DNA from: Halobacteriota archaeon
GTDB taxonomy: Archaea > Halobacteriota > Bog-38 > Methanoflorentales > Methanoflorentaceae
Reading direction: 5' to 3'
DNA length: 59,500 nt
Assembly: GCA_050011655.1 (NCBI GenBank)
Contig: JBEKIR010000003.1
Span: forward strand, 1-59,500
The notes beneath the pieces were generated by a model. The model made no database searches. It was not told where the DNA came from and was given only the letters and a program-made list of their open reading frames with translations. Shown piece after piece: positions 39,301-51,028 of this stretch (position 1 is its first letter; every line of letters starts with the position of its first letter). The position numbers were made by a program, and so were the translations under genes.

Positions 39301-41090
39301 GCAAGGTAATAGGCATAGATTTAGGAACGACTAACTCTGTCGTCGCAGTCATGGAAGGAGGAGAACCAGTAGTAATCCCAAACGCAGAAGGAAATCGAAC
39401 GACGCCCTCCGTAGTAGCTTTCGTGAAGAATGAACGAGTTGTAGGCGAGATTGCAAAAAGGCAGGCGATTACTAATCCAGATCACACAATTTCGTCTATA
39501 AAAAGGAAGATGGGCTCCGACTTCACGGTCGCCATTGAAGGCAAGACCTACACACCACAAGAAATCTCAGCAATGATCATACAGAAATTGCGGCAAGATG
39601 CTGAGAATTATCTTGGTGAGAAGGTGAGCCAAGCCGTTGTCACTGTCCCTGCGTATTTCAACGATAGTCAGCGTCAAGCCACTAAAGACGCGGGTACTAT
39701 AGCAGGTCTTGAAGTCTTGCGGATTATTAATGAACCAACAGCATCTGCCCTCGCGTACGGCTTGGATAAAGCTGAAGATCAGAAGATTTTGGTTTTTGAT
39801 CTTGGCGGCGGAACATTTGACGTGTCGATATTGGATATCGGTGACGGGGTATTTCACGTAAAAGCTACTAACGGCAACAACCTGCTCGGTGGCGATGACT
39901 TTGATCAAAGGATTATCGATTATCTTGCCGATCAGTTCAAGAAGGACCATGGCATCGATCTCAGAAACGACAAGATGGCCTTGCAGAGGCTCAAGGAGGC
40001 GGCAGAGAAGGCTAAGATCGAGTTGTCAACGTTGACCACTGCGGCGGTGAACCTCCCGTTTATTACGGCAGATCAAAACGGCCCAAAGCACTTGGATATG
40101 TCGTTGACGCGGGCGCAGTTTGACAAGCTTACAGAGGATTTGGTCGAAAAGACGATGGGGCCGATGAGACAGGCCATGAAAGACGCAAAGCTTGAGCCAA
40201 AAGATATCAACCGCATCCTACTAGTCGGGGGCTCTACTCGCACTCCTTCGGTGCAAAACGCTATAAAGCAATACCTTGGCAAAGAGCCCGATCGTGGCAT
40301 TAACCCGGACGAATGCGTGGCAATCGGCGCTGCAATCCAAGCCGGTATTCTTGTCGGCGAGGTGAAAGACGTGTTGCTGCTCGACGTCACTCCCTTGTCC
40401 TTGGGAATTGAAACCCTCGGCGGTGTGTTCACTAAACTCATTGAAAAGAATACCACTATCCCTACCAAGAAATCTCAAATATTTTCGACTGCAGCTGATA
40501 GCCAGACCTCTGTTGAGATTCACGTGCTTCAGGGTGAACGTGAAATGGCTGTCGGCAACAAAACCCTCGGGCGATTTCAGTTAGTCGGAATCCCCCCTGC
40601 GCCGCGAGGCGTTCCCCAAATCGACGTCACTTTCGATATAGACGCTAACGGTATTGTGCACGTTTCGGCAAAGGATTTGGGAACAGGCAATGAGCAGAAG
40701 ATTACTATCACGTCGACGAGCGGTCTCAGTAAAGAAGAGATTGACCGCTTGATGAAAGATGCTGAGGCCCACGCTGATGAGGATCGAAAGAAGAAAGAAG
40801 AAGCGGAGATCAGAAATGGCGCGGATTCTATGGTATATACGGCCGAAAAAACGTTGAGAGAGTCTGGAGATAAGGTCGACGCTTCTAATAAGAGCAAGGT
40901 TTCGACCGAAATCGAAAAAGTGCGCGAGGCCCTCAACGGTACAGACATCCAGGCCATTAAACAGGCAACAGAACAACTAACGAACACGATTTATCAAATT
41001 ACGACCGAGCTCTACGCTAAGACTGCAGAAGATGCAAAACAAGAACCCCCGACCGAAGAATCGGACTACGAGGTAGTCGATGAGAAATAG
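39297..41090 (+). CDS. dnaK: Chaperone DnaK (Hsp70)
   Basis: [33 protein letters not shown]. Confidence 0.99.
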   Translation: MSKVIGIDLGTTNSVVAVMEGGEPVVIPNAEGNRTTPSVVAFVKNERVVGEIAKRQAITNPDHTISSIKRKMGSDFTVAIEGKTYTPQEISAMIIQKLRQDAENYLGEKVSQAVVTVPAYFNDSQRQATKDAGTIAGLEVLRIINEPTASALAYGLDKAEDQKILVFDLGGGTFDVSILDIGDGVFHVKATNGNNLLGGDDFDQRIIDYLADQFKKDHGIDLRNDKMALQRLKEAAEKAKIELSTLTTAAVNLPFITADQNGPKHLDMSLTRAQFDKLTEDLVEKTMGPMRQAMKDAKLEPKDINRILLVGGSTRTPSVQNAIKQYLGKEPDRGINPDECVAIGAAIQAGILVGEVKDVLLLDVTPLSLGIETLGGVFTKLIEKNTTIPTKKSQIFSTAADSQTSVEIHVLQGEREMAVGNKTLGRFQLVGIPPAPRGVPQIDVTFDIDANGIVHVSAKDLGTGNEQKITITSTSGLSKEEIDRLMKDAEAHADEDRKKKEEAEIRNGADSMVYTAEKTLRESGDKVDASNKSKVSTEIEKVREALNGTDIQAIKQATEQLTNTIYQITTELYAKTAEDAKQEPPTEESDYEVVDEK

Positions 41091-41106
41091 TGCGTAAATA
41101 GACCTC

Positions 41107-42264
41107 ATGAATCGTGATTATTACGAAGTGCTAGGAGTTGACAAAACTGCCACAGAGGCAGAGATAAAGAAAGCTTATAGAAAACTTGCTTTAAAATATC
41201 ATCCTGATGTTTGCCCCGACAAAAGCGAGGCAGAAGACAAGTTTAAGGAGATTACAGAGGCTTATGAGATACTCAGCAACCCAAGCAAACGCTCAACCTA
41301 TGACAGGGTTGGCCACGCAGGTTTCGGGCAAGGTGCGTCTGGTGCCGGCTTCAACGATTTCGGCGGGTTTGGCAACTTTTCTGATATTTTCGAAACGTTT
41401 TTCGGAGGCGGGTTCGGTGAGAGTCCATTCCGAACTCAAACGAGGGCGCACCCGTCAGGTCCACAAAGAGGTCCCGATATCGCAGTTGACGTTCAAGTGT
41501 CGTTTGAGGATTCAATTTTTGGAACGGAAGTTAGTGTTGAAGTCCCGCGTTATGAACGCTGTGAACATTGCGAGGGAACCGGTGCTGAACCAGGCACTGA
41601 CATAAAAACGTGCCCGTCCTGCGGTGGTAGGGGCGAGATACAGCGGGCTCAGAATATCTTCGGGGCGCAGCTCATCAGGATAGAAACGTGTTCTCAGTGC
41701 CAAGGCGAGGGAAAGATTTTTGAGACCGCGTGCAAAAGCTGTAGGGGCGCCGGAAGGCTACGAACAACTAAGACAGTGCCGATCAAGGTTCCTCCAGGAG
41801 CATATACGGGCTTGCATATCCGAAAACCTGGCGAGGGTTCGGCAGGCGCTCGTGGCGGGCCTTCAGGCGATTTCCTTGTCGTTGTGCGCGTGCTACCACA
41901 TCCGATCTTCAAACGTGAGGGCGACGACATCTATAGCGATCTATCTATCAGCGTGTCAGCTGCGGCACTGGGCGGGCAAATTGAAGTGCCTTCAGTATAC
42001 GGAGCGATAAAAGTAGACATTCCCGGAGGGACGCAAGGCGGCACAACTATCCGCCTGAGAGACAAGGGAGCCCCTAGCGTTCACAGACGTGGCCGCGGCG
42101 ACCAATACACGACACTGATCGTTGAAATTCCGAAGAATCTGACCGAAAGAGAAAAGGCGCTCTTTCGAGAGCTGGCATCTTTAAAGGGAGAAACCATAGG
42201 GCGAGCTAGTCGCAAGGCTAAGGTTTTTAGCACCGTTAAGGATGTCTTCAGCGCTAGCGATTGA
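41107..42264 (+). CDS. dnaJ: Chaperone DnaJ
   Basis: HPD J-domain, G/F region, four CxxCxGxG repeats. Confidence 0.98.
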   Translation: MNRDYYEVLGVDKTATEAEIKKAYRKLALKYHPDVCPDKSEAEDKFKEITEAYEILSNPSKRSTYDRVGHAGFGQGASGAGFNDFGGFGNFSDIFETFFGGGFGESPFRTQTRAHPSGPQRGPDIAVDVQVSFEDSIFGTEVSVEVPRYERCEHCEGTGAEPGTDIKTCPSCGGRGEIQRAQNIFGAQLIRIETCSQCQGEGKIFETACKSCRGAGRLRTTKTVPIKVPPGAYTGLHIRKPGEGSAGARGGPSGDFLVVVRVLPHPIFKREGDDIYSDLSISVSAAALGGQIEVPSVYGAIKVDIPGGTQGGTTIRLRDKGAPSVHRRGRGDQYTTLIVEIPKNLTEREKALFRELASLKGETIGRASRKAKVFSTVKDVFSASD

Positions 42265-42288
42265 AACCTCCTCAAGGCATCGTTTAGC

Positions 42289-43092
42289 ATGTATCCCCTC
42301 TCACTAAATGAACGGGCCCTTGTTCAAATAACCCGGCAACTTAAAAACTTTATAAAAGGCAGCATATTATCTGCCAAGGCTAAGGGAGCGGTCGTTGCAT
42401 TGAGTGGGGGTGTGGACTCTTCTGTTGTAGCTGCGTTGGCGCACGACGTTGTGAACACTAAGGCGTTGATACTCCCTGAAACAGCCGTCACCTCGGCGCA
42501 AGACGTTCTCGACGCAACCTCTATCGCAGAAACGTTTGGGCTATCGTTCACAGTAATCGAAATCAACGACCTGATCGACTGCTTTAGAGAAGCGGCGCGC
42601 CCTATACTGCCTGCGCGCATAAATGGTCAAGTTTCGAACGCCGAAGCAAATTTGAAGCCCCGGATCAGAATGACGTTGAACTACGTCGCGTCGAACGCAG
42701 AGTTGCGGCTAGTTTTAGGAACAGGTAATAAGACAGAGCTGTTAACGGGCTACTTCACTAAGTACGGAGACGGCGGCGTTGACGCTTTACCCATTGGCAG
42801 CCTCTATAAAACTCAAGTGTTTCAGTTGGCACGATACCTAGGGATTCCTGATAGAATAATCTTGAAAGCTCCTTCTGCTGGACTTTGGTTAGGACAAACT
42901 GACGAGGAAGAACTAGGTATCTCATACGATCTCCTCGATCGAATCTTGCTAGAACTAGTTGACAAGGAGAAACCCGTCAAGGAAACCGCAAACTTGTTGG
43001 ACGTGGAACCACAACGGGTTCAAGAAATCTCAGATCAAGTGCTGTGCACCAAGCACAAAAGACACACCCCTCTCGTTCCAATAATAACGTAG
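42289..43092 (+). CDS. nadE: NH3-dependent NAD+ synthetase
   Basis: SGGVDS, N.KPR.RM, GYFTKYGDG, PSAGLW.GQTDE. Confidence 0.96.
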   Translation: MYPLSLNERALVQITRQLKNFIKGSILSAKAKGAVVALSGGVDSSVVAALAHDVVNTKALILPETAVTSAQDVLDATSIAETFGLSFTVIEINDLIDCFREAARPILPARINGQVSNAEANLKPRIRMTLNYVASNAELRLVLGTGNKTELLTGYFTKYGDGGVDALPIGSLYKTQVFQLARYLGIPDRIILKAPSAGLWLGQTDEEELGISYDLLDRILLELVDKEKPVKETANLLDVEPQRVQEISDQVLCTKHKRHTPLVPIIT

Positions 43093-43133
43093 CTCTTTCC
43101 GAGTTGCTCCGCCCGCGAAGCAAACGAGCAGCG

Positions 43134-44114
43134 TCAGCGTGGGGAAATTTTTATGTCGAGTACGACATGGTACTGGCGCGGAGCGTAGGATCTTACTTTC
43201 TTAAGGCGAATTCTCTCGACCGTTCTATCAAATCTCCCGACAGCTTCTTTGACGCTTTCAATCGTACGAGGAAACTCGTTTTCGGGTTTGACGTCATAAT
43301 AATGGACAAAGCCGCCACTTCCGCTAAGCATCGTTACGGCGTCGCACAGGAAATTAAAGGCTGAATGCGGCAAATTCATAATTACACGGTCTGCTACGCC
43401 TCTAAACTTAGGGGCTAGGTCTTTAGCGTTGCCGAAGCACGCCTCGACGTTATGCAACCTGTTCAGTTCGATGTTGTTCTTCAAGCAGCGAAAGGCATCA
43501 GGATTTTTCTCAAAAGCAATTCCTTTTTTGACTTTCTTGGCCAACAGTATCGTAAAAGGCCCAACGCCGGCAAACATGTCCACTACAGTCTCGCTTGATT
43601 GCACTAACTCGGCTATGCGATGCCGTTCTGTAGATAGCCGTGGGCTGAAATAGACGCTCGCAACATCCACTTGTAATCTTGAGCCGTATTCTTTGTGCAC
43701 CGTTTCCGTCCGTCTTTCGCCCGCGACGAAGACAAGGTCTTTGAGTCGATATTCACCGCCTACGCCACTAACTGCTGCCAGTACAACTTTAATGTCTCGT
43801 CGTGTCTGCAGAAGCTCTGTAGCGGCGACTAAAATGCCGTCGAACCAATCAATTACAGCAATGTCCCCAATTACGTCGTACCGGATTCCAAGCCTCTTGC
43901 GAGGCGGTTGTAGCCGGGGTTTCAACGCGCATGGTTTAAGATCATAGCGAAGCTCATTAGATTCTCCTTTGAAAGGGATATAAAGTCGATCACGTCGTTC
44001 TTCTATTCTGTATCTCTCATCTAGGAGGCCAAGTTCCTTGAGCTCTTTCCTGACTCGCTCGCCTTCGTGCTTTGGTATACTAACGCACAATTTCTTTTTC
44101 GCCGACACAGGCAT
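43134..44114 (-). CDS. Trm5/Taw2-family tRNA methyltransferase (Met-10-like)
   Basis: YD.IGDIA, YFSPRL..ER, DMFAGVGPF, MNLP; start uncertain. Confidence 0.9.
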   Translation of the reverse strand: MPVSAKKKLCVSIPKHEGERVRKELKELGLLDERYRIEERRDRLYIPFKGESNELRYDLKPCALKPRLQPPRKRLGIRYDVIGDIAVIDWFDGILVAATELLQTRRDIKVVLAAVSGVGGEYRLKDLVFVAGERRTETVHKEYGSRLQVDVASVYFSPRLSTERHRIAELVQSSETVVDMFAGVGPFTILLAKKVKKGIAFEKNPDAFRCLKNNIELNRLHNVEACFGNAKDLAPKFRGVADRVIMNLPHSAFNFLCDAVTMLSGSGGFVHYYDVKPENEFPRTIESVKEAVGRFDRTVERIRLKKVRSYAPRQYHVVLDIKISPR

Positions 44115-44277
44115 CCGCACGATATAAGAACACGCGACGCTTATCTTCTTTCTGGTCTCCAAAGCGTCAAGCACGGGCGTTAAAGCGAATTAAAGATTCA
44201 AATTTGCCGAGAGAAAAAGCTATTTCAGTTGACGCTAAGCTATTTGCCGAATTCTGCTCGTGAAACGAGGTGATGCG

Positions 44278-45054
44278 GTGCTGACCTTCGTTGGGTTAGG
44301 CTTGTACGACGAAGAAGACGTAACGGTGAAAGGACTAAAAGCGATCGAAAATGCTGATGTGATATACGCGGAGTTCTACAGCTCAAAGCTTATAGGAACT
44401 ACAATTGAGAAATTGGAAGAATTCTATAAGCGCGAAATCCGTGTGCTCGACAGAAATGATGTTGAGCAAGTCCCTGACGAGACAATTTTGCGAGAGGCCG
44501 AGCGTAAGAATGTCGCTTTCTTAACGGCGGGCGACGCGATGATCTCTACAACGCACGTCGATTTAAGGATACGGGCGCACGACAGAGGGATAAGCACTCA
44601 AATCATTCACGGGGCGTCGATTGCTACAGCGGTATGCGGATTGACTGGGCTTCAAAACTACCGTTTTGGCAAGTCGGCAACTATTGCGTTTCCGTTCAGA
44701 GAGGTGTCTGACGTGCCCTACAACACGGTTACGGCAAACTTAAGAAGCGATCTCCACACGTTGCTCTTTTTGGATATACAGGAAGAGCTTATGACGCTTG
44801 GCCAAGGAATCGAACTGTTGCTTCACAGTGAACATGAGAAAGGACGCAATCAGTTGGCATCTCTACTAGCCGTAGGCATTGCGCGAGCGGGGTCGCGTTC
44901 GCCGGCGGTTAAAGCAGACGTGTTGGCGAGGCTCAAGGAGTACGATTTTGGGCCCCCCTTACATGTCCTTGTCATACCCGCATCTCTTCACTTCGTGGAA
45001 AAGCAGGCGCTTCAAACGTTTGCTGGTGCTCAAAATGTCCCAGATTGCGGATAA
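44278..45054 (+). CDS. dph5: Diphthine synthase
   Basis: F.GLGL, GD....TTH, GLQNY.FG, LHTL..LD; GTG start after GAGGTGA. Confidence 0.95.
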   Translation: MLTFVGLGLYDEEDVTVKGLKAIENADVIYAEFYSSKLIGTTIEKLEEFYKREIRVLDRNDVEQVPDETILREAERKNVAFLTAGDAMISTTHVDLRIRAHDRGISTQIIHGASIATAVCGLTGLQNYRFGKSATIAFPFREVSDVPYNTVTANLRSDLHTLLFLDIQEELMTLGQGIELLLHSEHEKGRNQLASLLAVGIARAGSRSPAVKADVLARLKEYDFGPPLHVLVIPASLHFVEKQALQTFAGAQNVPDCG

Positions 45055-45286
45055 AGTAGCGCTGTATGAAACGATGCTCCGCATCGCGCTGGAACGTGCG
45101 GAGATTTTTGTAAACGAGAAATATTCGACCGATTTTTTGACTATGGCGCGGTCGTACTATGAGGACGGGGTCTATTTTCGGACAAGCGGCGATTTGGTCA
45201 ATGCACTGGTGTGCTTTAGTTACGGCCACGGGTGGTTTGACGCGGGTGTGCGTGTAGGGGCGCTTAAGGCCCAACAAAGAGAGTAG
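45035..45286 (+). CDS. DUF357 family protein
   Basis: MA.SY..DG..F...GD.VNAL....YGHGW.DAG. Confidence 0.9.
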   Translation: MSQIADKVALYETMLRIALERAEIFVNEKYSTDFLTMARSYYEDGVYFRTSGDLVNALVCFSYGHGWFDAGVRVGALKAQQRE

Positions 45287-45375
45287 CCGTGGCTTTTCGG
45301 CTGAATTAGCGCTAGCATCTCGATCAGACCGCTTTTGTGCCAATATTAATTAACTTTGTTGACTTACCCTGAAGT

Positions 45376-45720
45376 ATGCCCAATTATTATGTCACGCTCG
45401 AGGCCGCGTGGTTGGTGAAGGACGTCAAATCGGTAGATGATGCTATAGGCATAGCGATATCGGAGGCGGGCAAACGCTTAAACCCAAAACTGAGCAAGGT
45501 TGAAGTCGCGGTTGGGTCGATGTCGTGTCCTGCCTGTGGCGAAGTATTCGACAGCGTCTACTTGGTGGCTAATACCTCTCTTGTCGGGCTGATACTCGAG
45601 ATAAAAGTCGTAAATGCCGAAAATGAGTCGCACGCGGCAAAGATCGCAAAGGCGGTAATTGGTAAAGCGTTAGCCGACGTGCCGCTGAAAGCAATTGACG
45701 TCGCCCTCAAAGAAGGTTAA
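45376..45720 (+). CDS. UPF0212/DUF555 family protein
   Basis: LEAAW.V.DV...[19 protein letters not shown]. Confidence 0.9.
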   Translation: MPNYYVTLEAAWLVKDVKSVDDAIGIAISEAGKRLNPKLSKVEVAVGSMSCPACGEVFDSVYLVANTSLVGLILEIKVVNAENESHAAKIAKAVIGKALADVPLKAIDVALKEG

Positions 45721-45755
45721 CTGCGACTGTTTCTGTTACCCTAGTTGGAGTCTGA

Positions 45756-46421
45756 ATGCGTTTGATTGCTCTGATTTCTGGAGGCAAGGATTCTATCTGC
45801 GCGTTGAATCGCGCGTTGTGTGAACATGAAGTTGTGCAGTTAGTCAACGTTCAAGCCGTAGAAGACTCGTTCCTGTATCACGTGCCGTGTGCACGTCTCA
45901 CTCGCCTAATTTCGGAGGCCGTCGACATTCCGCTCGTGTCGGGTGTATCTTTTTCGCACGAGGATGAATTGACGTTGTTAAAAACCCTGCTGCAAGACGC
46001 GGAAGCGGACGGCGTTGTAGCTGGCACGATAGCGTCGAACTATCAAATGAGCCGACTCAAGAAGCTATGTGCTCAGCTTGAATTGAAGCTGTATGCGCCC
46101 TTGTGGAACAAAGGCAGTGAACGCTTGTTACGGGCAATGGCGGGCTCAATGGATATCATGGTTGTTCAGGTCGCTGCTTACGGAATGAATGAATCGTGGC
46201 TCGGCAGGAAACTCGATGAAGGGGCGGTCGATGATTTATCCGCACTGCATAGAAAACACGGGGTGCACATTATGGGCGAGGGCGGCGAGTACGAAACACT
46301 TGTTCTGGACGCTCCTATTTTTAAAAGGCGCATCAAAGTAATGAATTATGACAAGAAGTGGTTTAGTGAGCAGTGGAGAGGGAGCTTGGAGATTCACGAA
46401 TTCAAACTCGAAGACAAATGA
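45756..46421 (+). CDS. dph6: Diphthine-ammonia ligase family PP-loop ATPase
   Basis: SGGKDS, S.YQ, PLW, GEGGEYET.VLD.P.F. Confidence 0.85.
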   Translation: MRLIALISGGKDSICALNRALCEHEVVQLVNVQAVEDSFLYHVPCARLTRLISEAVDIPLVSGVSFSHEDELTLLKTLLQDAEADGVVAGTIASNYQMSRLKKLCAQLELKLYAPLWNKGSERLLRAMAGSMDIMVVQVAAYGMNESWLGRKLDEGAVDDLSALHRKHGVHIMGEGGEYETLVLDAPIFKRRIKVMNYDKKWFSEQWRGSLEIHEFKLEDK

Positions 46422-46437
46422 GAACGTGGCGGACTAG

Positions 46438-48231
46438 ATGAAGTTGAGGATATTCGGCCCCAAGGAGAAAGTCGTAAAGGGCATGGAGGAGAGCACTGCC
46501 GGATTGATGAAGTACGTGTTTGCGGCTCCGCGGTGGAAGAATACCATTCCTGTCACACTTGCTTTGTCGCTCGTGGTTGGCGCCGGTGTCTTCAATTTTG
46601 GATGGAGGGAAAATCTCCTCGCGGGCCTGATTCTTATTGGCATCCCAGCTGTGTTTGCCGCTGCCTTTACTCACCCGTTGGCTCGGCTTCTGCAAGGCAC
46701 TATGACCGTCAATCGCTCTGCTTTGTTAGCATTCGTAGGGGCCGTGATAATCAGTGTCTTTTGCGTTGTCGGCGCACTGATCTCATTTGCAATCGGCTGG
46801 CAGCTGACAATCTCAGCCTACGTCATGTCCTTGGGCGTCGTCTTCGCTTTCAGAATGCTGGTGCTGATGGCTATCACGCAGAAAAGCTTCGTTCGAAATT
46901 TAGTCCCCGCTTCGCTTCAAACGGTATTCGGAGCGCTTTTTTTGCTGCTGTTCGGAGTGACAGGCTACGTCGTGAACTTAGTGGCGATTAGCGTAGTGTT
47001 CACGCTTGGCGCGTTGGTAGTCATCAGGTACGTCGATGCGCCGTTGAGAAAGTCTTTTGACGTAAGCGGCATGGATTTCATTCGTAGCTACATTGCGCAG
47101 ACAGTAGAAGGCGCCCCTGGCATGGAGGACTTCTTCAAAAAGATAGGCGAAGCCGTTGAAGTCCCCGTCACCACACTGTCGTTCAGGACGAACGAGCGCT
47201 TGAAAGCGACGTTTGTCGTGCCGGCTGTTCATCCTGGTCCCGTCGGCGAAATTGGTGGTGGAAACCTTCCTGTAAGAATTGTAAACAACCTCGACGACGG
47301 TGGAGAGATCTTTGTGCCTCATGGGACTGCAACGCACGATTTCAACTTGGTTTCGGCGACAGAATCACTGAAAATAGTTGAAGCTGCGGCACGCGCAGTG
47401 GAAAACACCCAATATACTGCGGACGCGTCAAAATCACTTAGAGTGCAGAGAGGGGCCATCAAGCTCCTTGCCCAGAGATTTGGCAACTCAGTTTTGTTTG
47501 TTTCGACTTTGTCGCCAGAGTCAACAGAGGACATTGAGTATGGGCTTGGTCTGGTCGCAAGCGCTGAAGCGAGAACACAAGGCGTGCAGCATGCTGCCCT
47601 CATCGATGCGCATAACTGCACGGCTCCTTACGCGTCATCCATGTGGGCGGGCACGAAGAACTCATTCGACCTGATTGATGCGATCAGGGAAGCATCCTCG
47701 AGACTGATGCAATCAGAACTGCTAAAAAGCGACATCAAGCTCGGAACAGCAAGGCGGGGTCCTATTTTTGGGCGAGACGAAGGTATGGGCGATCTCGGCA
47801 TTCAGGTGGCATTGGTTGAAGTTGCTGGGCAGCGCACGGCTTACGTGCTCGTGGATGCCAACAATATGGTGCCTAACTTGCGCGAAATCATCGTCAGCGC
47901 CCTGAAAGTCGATGAGGCAGAAGTCATGACCACTGATAACCACGTCGTGAACTCGTACAGCGGCATTAATCTGTTGGGTTTCAAAGCTGACAACGGCATC
48001 CTCTTGAAGGCGATAATCGAACTGGTTGATGAGGCACAGGCTAATCTTGAACCGGTGCGTGCAGGGATGAACACCCAGCAAGCGAGCGGGGTATCGGTCT
48101 TTGGCTCGCAAAAGACTGCACAGCTTGCGAGTACAGTAAATGCCATTATGGCTATGGGGGGCGCTCTGGGAATATCTGTGATAATAGCAGCTTTTGCTAT
48201 CTCTTTGCTGCTTGTTATTTTCAATAGATAA
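46438..48231 (+). CDS. DUF2070 family membrane protein
   Basis: N-terminal TMs; HPGP....GG, HG...HDFN, DAHN, D.NN, TTD.H. Confidence 0.88.
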   Translation: MKLRIFGPKEKVVKGMEESTAGLMKYVFAAPRWKNTIPVTLALSLVVGAGVFNFGWRENLLAGLILIGIPAVFAAAFTHPLARLLQGTMTVNRSALLAFVGAVIISVFCVVGALISFAIGWQLTISAYVMSLGVVFAFRMLVLMAITQKSFVRNLVPASLQTVFGALFLLLFGVTGYVVNLVAISVVFTLGALVVIRYVDAPLRKSFDVSGMDFIRSYIAQTVEGAPGMEDFFKKIGEAVEVPVTTLSFRTNERLKATFVVPAVHPGPVGEIGGGNLPVRIVNNLDDGGEIFVPHGTATHDFNLVSATESLKIVEAAARAVENTQYTADASKSLRVQRGAIKLLAQRFGNSVLFVSTLSPESTEDIEYGLGLVASAEARTQGVQHAALIDAHNCTAPYASSMWAGTKNSFDLIDAIREASSRLMQSELLKSDIKLGTARRGPIFGRDEGMGDLGIQVALVEVAGQRTAYVLVDANNMVPNLREIIVSALKVDEAEVMTTDNHVVNSYSGINLLGFKADNGILLKAIIELVDEAQANLEPVRAGMNTQQASGVSVFGSQKTAQLASTVNAIMAMGGALGISVIIAAFAISLLLVIFNR

Positions 48232-48277
48232 GCGGCCACAGCGTGCTTCCTTTGAGTCGAAAACAGCTGAAGATCCG

Positions 48278-49996
48278 CTATTTGTGCGTGAAATAGCAAA
48301 TGATTCTCGTCTGGCCGTGCTGTTCGAGTACCTGATCCACTCTGACAAAACCGTAGCGTTCAAACTGTACTACTCGATTAAGCTCAGCAGCTATGCCAGG
48401 TTCGCCTATCCCGATGTCGACTCCGCTGGGCGTGATGATCTCGACGTGAGGCCCGTTCGGTGGGGCCCAGTGAATTATTCTTGTGTCTTTGATGATTTCG
48501 TCGCCAGCGTATTCTGCCTCTAGCGGCTCTTTTTTAACAATTCGAACGTTGTAAAGATCTTTTAGTCGCACCAGATTGTCCCCGGATAAGATGAGATCTT
48601 GTGCACTGACACATACACAGCCTTCCACTGGGATCTCTCTAAAAGAGGCGGAAGATGATGGATGAAGTGGGGGGCGCGCGGTTGTGGGCTCGGCGTTCAT
48701 TATGCTCATTGTGATCGGGTCCGACACGAAGAAGTATCTGTGAGCCACAGGATCGATAAGTTTCCTGTTCTCGGCGTAAAGGTTTTCCAAGCTAACGCTT
48801 ACGTCCGATTCGTTAATGCCCAATTTCAGGATAAACAGCCTGACGGCTTCTGGAGAAAAACCTCTCCGTCTTAAAGCCCTTAAAGTGGGGAGTCTAGGGT
48901 CATCCCAGCCACTGTAGAGCCCGCGATCAATCTCACTTCTCAGCTTACTTGTTGAGAACTTGCCGAATTCGTGGATGCTGATCCTGCCCCAATGTAGGGT
49001 GAACGGATATGTCCAGCCCATATATCTGTAAAGGAACTCCTGCCTTCTCTCGCTGTCGCGCAAATCCTTTCCACGAATTATGTGTGTAACTCCGAGCTCG
49101 TGGTCTTCGATCGCTGATTCGAAATCAAGCATCGGCCACACTCGAAATGCTAGCCCCCGGGGGTGTGCCGTGTGGACAATCCGAAAACCAATCCAGTCTC
49201 GCAAAGCTGGGTTCTTATGCGTCACGTCGGTCTTGATTCGCAAGACAGCTTCTTTTTCCCCCAGTCGTCCGTCCAGCATCTGTTCCCAAAGGCGCATATT
49301 CTTTTCTGCAGCGTTCTCGCGGTCAGGACACGCCAATCCTGCGTCCTTGAGCTTTTTGAATTGCGCCTGGGTACAGGTGCAGATGTAAGCGGCGCCATGC
49401 GCAATCAGTTGTTCAGCGTAATGATAGTACGTTTTCATTCGGTCCGAAGCGTTGACGATGACGTCTGGGGCTGCTTGAAGCCAGTTGCAGTCCTCCACGT
49501 ACCAATCGTAGGCCTCAAGCATTGGTCGCTTCGTTTGCGGGTCGGTGTCGTCAAAACGCAGAATGAAAGAACCGCCGTACCTTTTGGCGTATTCAGAATT
49601 CACAACAATTCCGCGAGCACTGCCAAGCGTCGCTGGGCCGTTAGGATTAGGTGCGAATCGCATGGTCACGTGTTCGTGGTGCGGCAACTCAGGAAGGTAC
49701 ATCTTTTTGTGTTGCGCCTTTGGTGTTTTGCGTTGTAGGTCCGGGGCTATCTGTTGGAGTAGCTGCCTCTGCTCGTCAAGCGTCATCGCGTTGACGTCGG
49801 CGACGATGCTCTCTGCCAAGGCCGATATCTCTCTTGCTTGTAGTTTAAGTTCCGGATGCTCGCCTATGAGCTTTGAGACAACAGCGTTAGGCTCTGCTTT
49901 ACCTTTGTGTAGAATAGCGTTGTGCACAGCGCGCTTCTTAATTGCAGTGCTTAAGACTTGAGGTTCCACATCACCGCCCCGATGACCTGCCTTCAA
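48278..49996 (-). CDS. gltX: Glutamyl-tRNA synthetase
   Basis: RFAPNPNG, RFDDTDP, THIIRGKD, GWDDPRLPTL, QFER.GF. Confidence 0.97.
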   Translation of the reverse strand: MKAGHRGGDVEPQVLSTAIKKRAVHNAILHKGKAEPNAVVSKLIGEHPELKLQAREISALAESIVADVNAMTLDEQRQLLQQIAPDLQRKTPKAQHKKMYLPELPHHEHVTMRFAPNPNGPATLGSARGIVVNSEYAKRYGGSFILRFDDTDPQTKRPMLEAYDWYVEDCNWLQAAPDVIVNASDRMKTYYHYAEQLIAHGAAYICTCTQAQFKKLKDAGLACPDRENAAEKNMRLWEQMLDGRLGEKEAVLRIKTDVTHKNPALRDWIGFRIVHTAHPRGLAFRVWPMLDFESAIEDHELGVTHIIRGKDLRDSERRQEFLYRYMGWTYPFTLHWGRISIHEFGKFSTSKLRSEIDRGLYSGWDDPRLPTLRALRRRGFSPEAVRLFILKLGINESDVSVSLENLYAENRKLIDPVAHRYFFVSDPITMSIMNAEPTTARPPLHPSSSASFREIPVEGCVCVSAQDLILSGDNLVRLKDLYNVRIVKKEPLEAEYAGDEIIKDTRIIHWAPPNGPHVEIITPSGVDIGIGEPGIAAELNRVVQFERYGFVRVDQVLEQHGQTRIICYFTHK

Positions 49997-50961
49997 TACG
50001 CTCTCGAAATCATGTAGTCGGCAAGTTTGAGCAGCTTAGATTTCGCCTCTGAATCGGCTAGCTTAGCGAGTCGCGACTTTCCGACTCGGAGAATCTCAGC
50101 TGACTTTTCCATAGCGTAATCGATTGATCCTGCATCCCGTAAATCGTTAATTGCCCTGTCGGTTGCTTTTTCGCTTGTGAGTTGCGATGGGTCAAGCATT
50201 ATGCCGTGCTTGAGTCCGTGGATCATAACTAGCGTCATCTTGCCTTCTATTAGGTCGCTGGCCTTATCTTTTCCAAGCACATCACGCGCCGTAATCAAGT
50301 CAAGCACGTCATCGCGGATCTGGAAGCCTATGCCCATGGCTATTCCAAAATCCCACAGAGCGCCCACTTCGCTGTCGGTGCCGCCTCCAAGTATCCCCCC
50401 CATCGCCAAACTAGCTGCGTAGAGCACAGCTGTCTTTTTTTGGACCATGTCGAGATAGTCGGCCTCCGATATGTTTTTGTTATTTTCGAACTTTATGTCC
50501 AGCCACTGTCCTTCGCAGATGTGTAGGCACGCTTTCGAGAGAAGCTTAAGACATTTTGTTATATTTTCTGGTTGTGTTTTTGTGTAAGAAAGCACCTCGA
50601 AGGCTTTAGCATAGAGCGCATCGCCTGCTAAGACGGCTTCTGACAAACCCCATTTTGTGTGCACGGTCTCTATGGAACGTCTTGTTACGTCTTCGTCCAT
50701 AATATCGTCGTGAATCAGCGTGAAATTGTGGATGAGCTCCACTGAAACGGCTGCTGGAAGTATTGTCTCAACAGCGATATTGGGCCGCACCACTTCAGCG
50801 CCCAACAGCAGAACCACCGGTCGCAGCCTCTTCCCACCAGCTTCAATGAGATGTCGAGCGGCTCTGTACAACTCCTCGGGGAAAACTACAGGAACATACT
50901 CGTTGAGCGCATCATCGATTATTGTCTTTCTTTTGAGCAAGTCGTCGCCCAAGTTGCTCAC
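49993..50961 (-). CDS. idsA: Geranylgeranyl diphosphate synthase
   Basis: GGKRLRP, HDDIMD, GQ..D, KT, FQI.DD.LD. Confidence 0.93.
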   Translation of the reverse strand: MSNLGDDLLKRKTIIDDALNEYVPVVFPEELYRAARHLIEAGGKRLRPVVLLLGAEVVRPNIAVETILPAAVSVELIHNFTLIHDDIMDEDVTRRSIETVHTKWGLSEAVLAGDALYAKAFEVLSYTKTQPENITKCLKLLSKACLHICEGQWLDIKFENNKNISEADYLDMVQKKTAVLYAASLAMGGILGGGTDSEVGALWDFGIAMGIGFQIRDDVLDLITARDVLGKDKASDLIEGKMTLVMIHGLKHGIMLDPSQLTSEKATDRAINDLRDAGSIDYAMEKSAEILRVGKSRLAKLADSEAKSKLLKLADYMISRAY

Positions 50962-51028
50962 TCTTGACCCCTCCTTGAAGGTGCTGCCTTTGCGTGCAAT
51001 ACACCTCTGGCGGGGTTTTTCTCGGCCT

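Noticed and set aside
49600-49670. gltX HIGH motif replaced by TLGS
   Set aside because: Known variant in Methanomicrobia-type GluRS; not novel.
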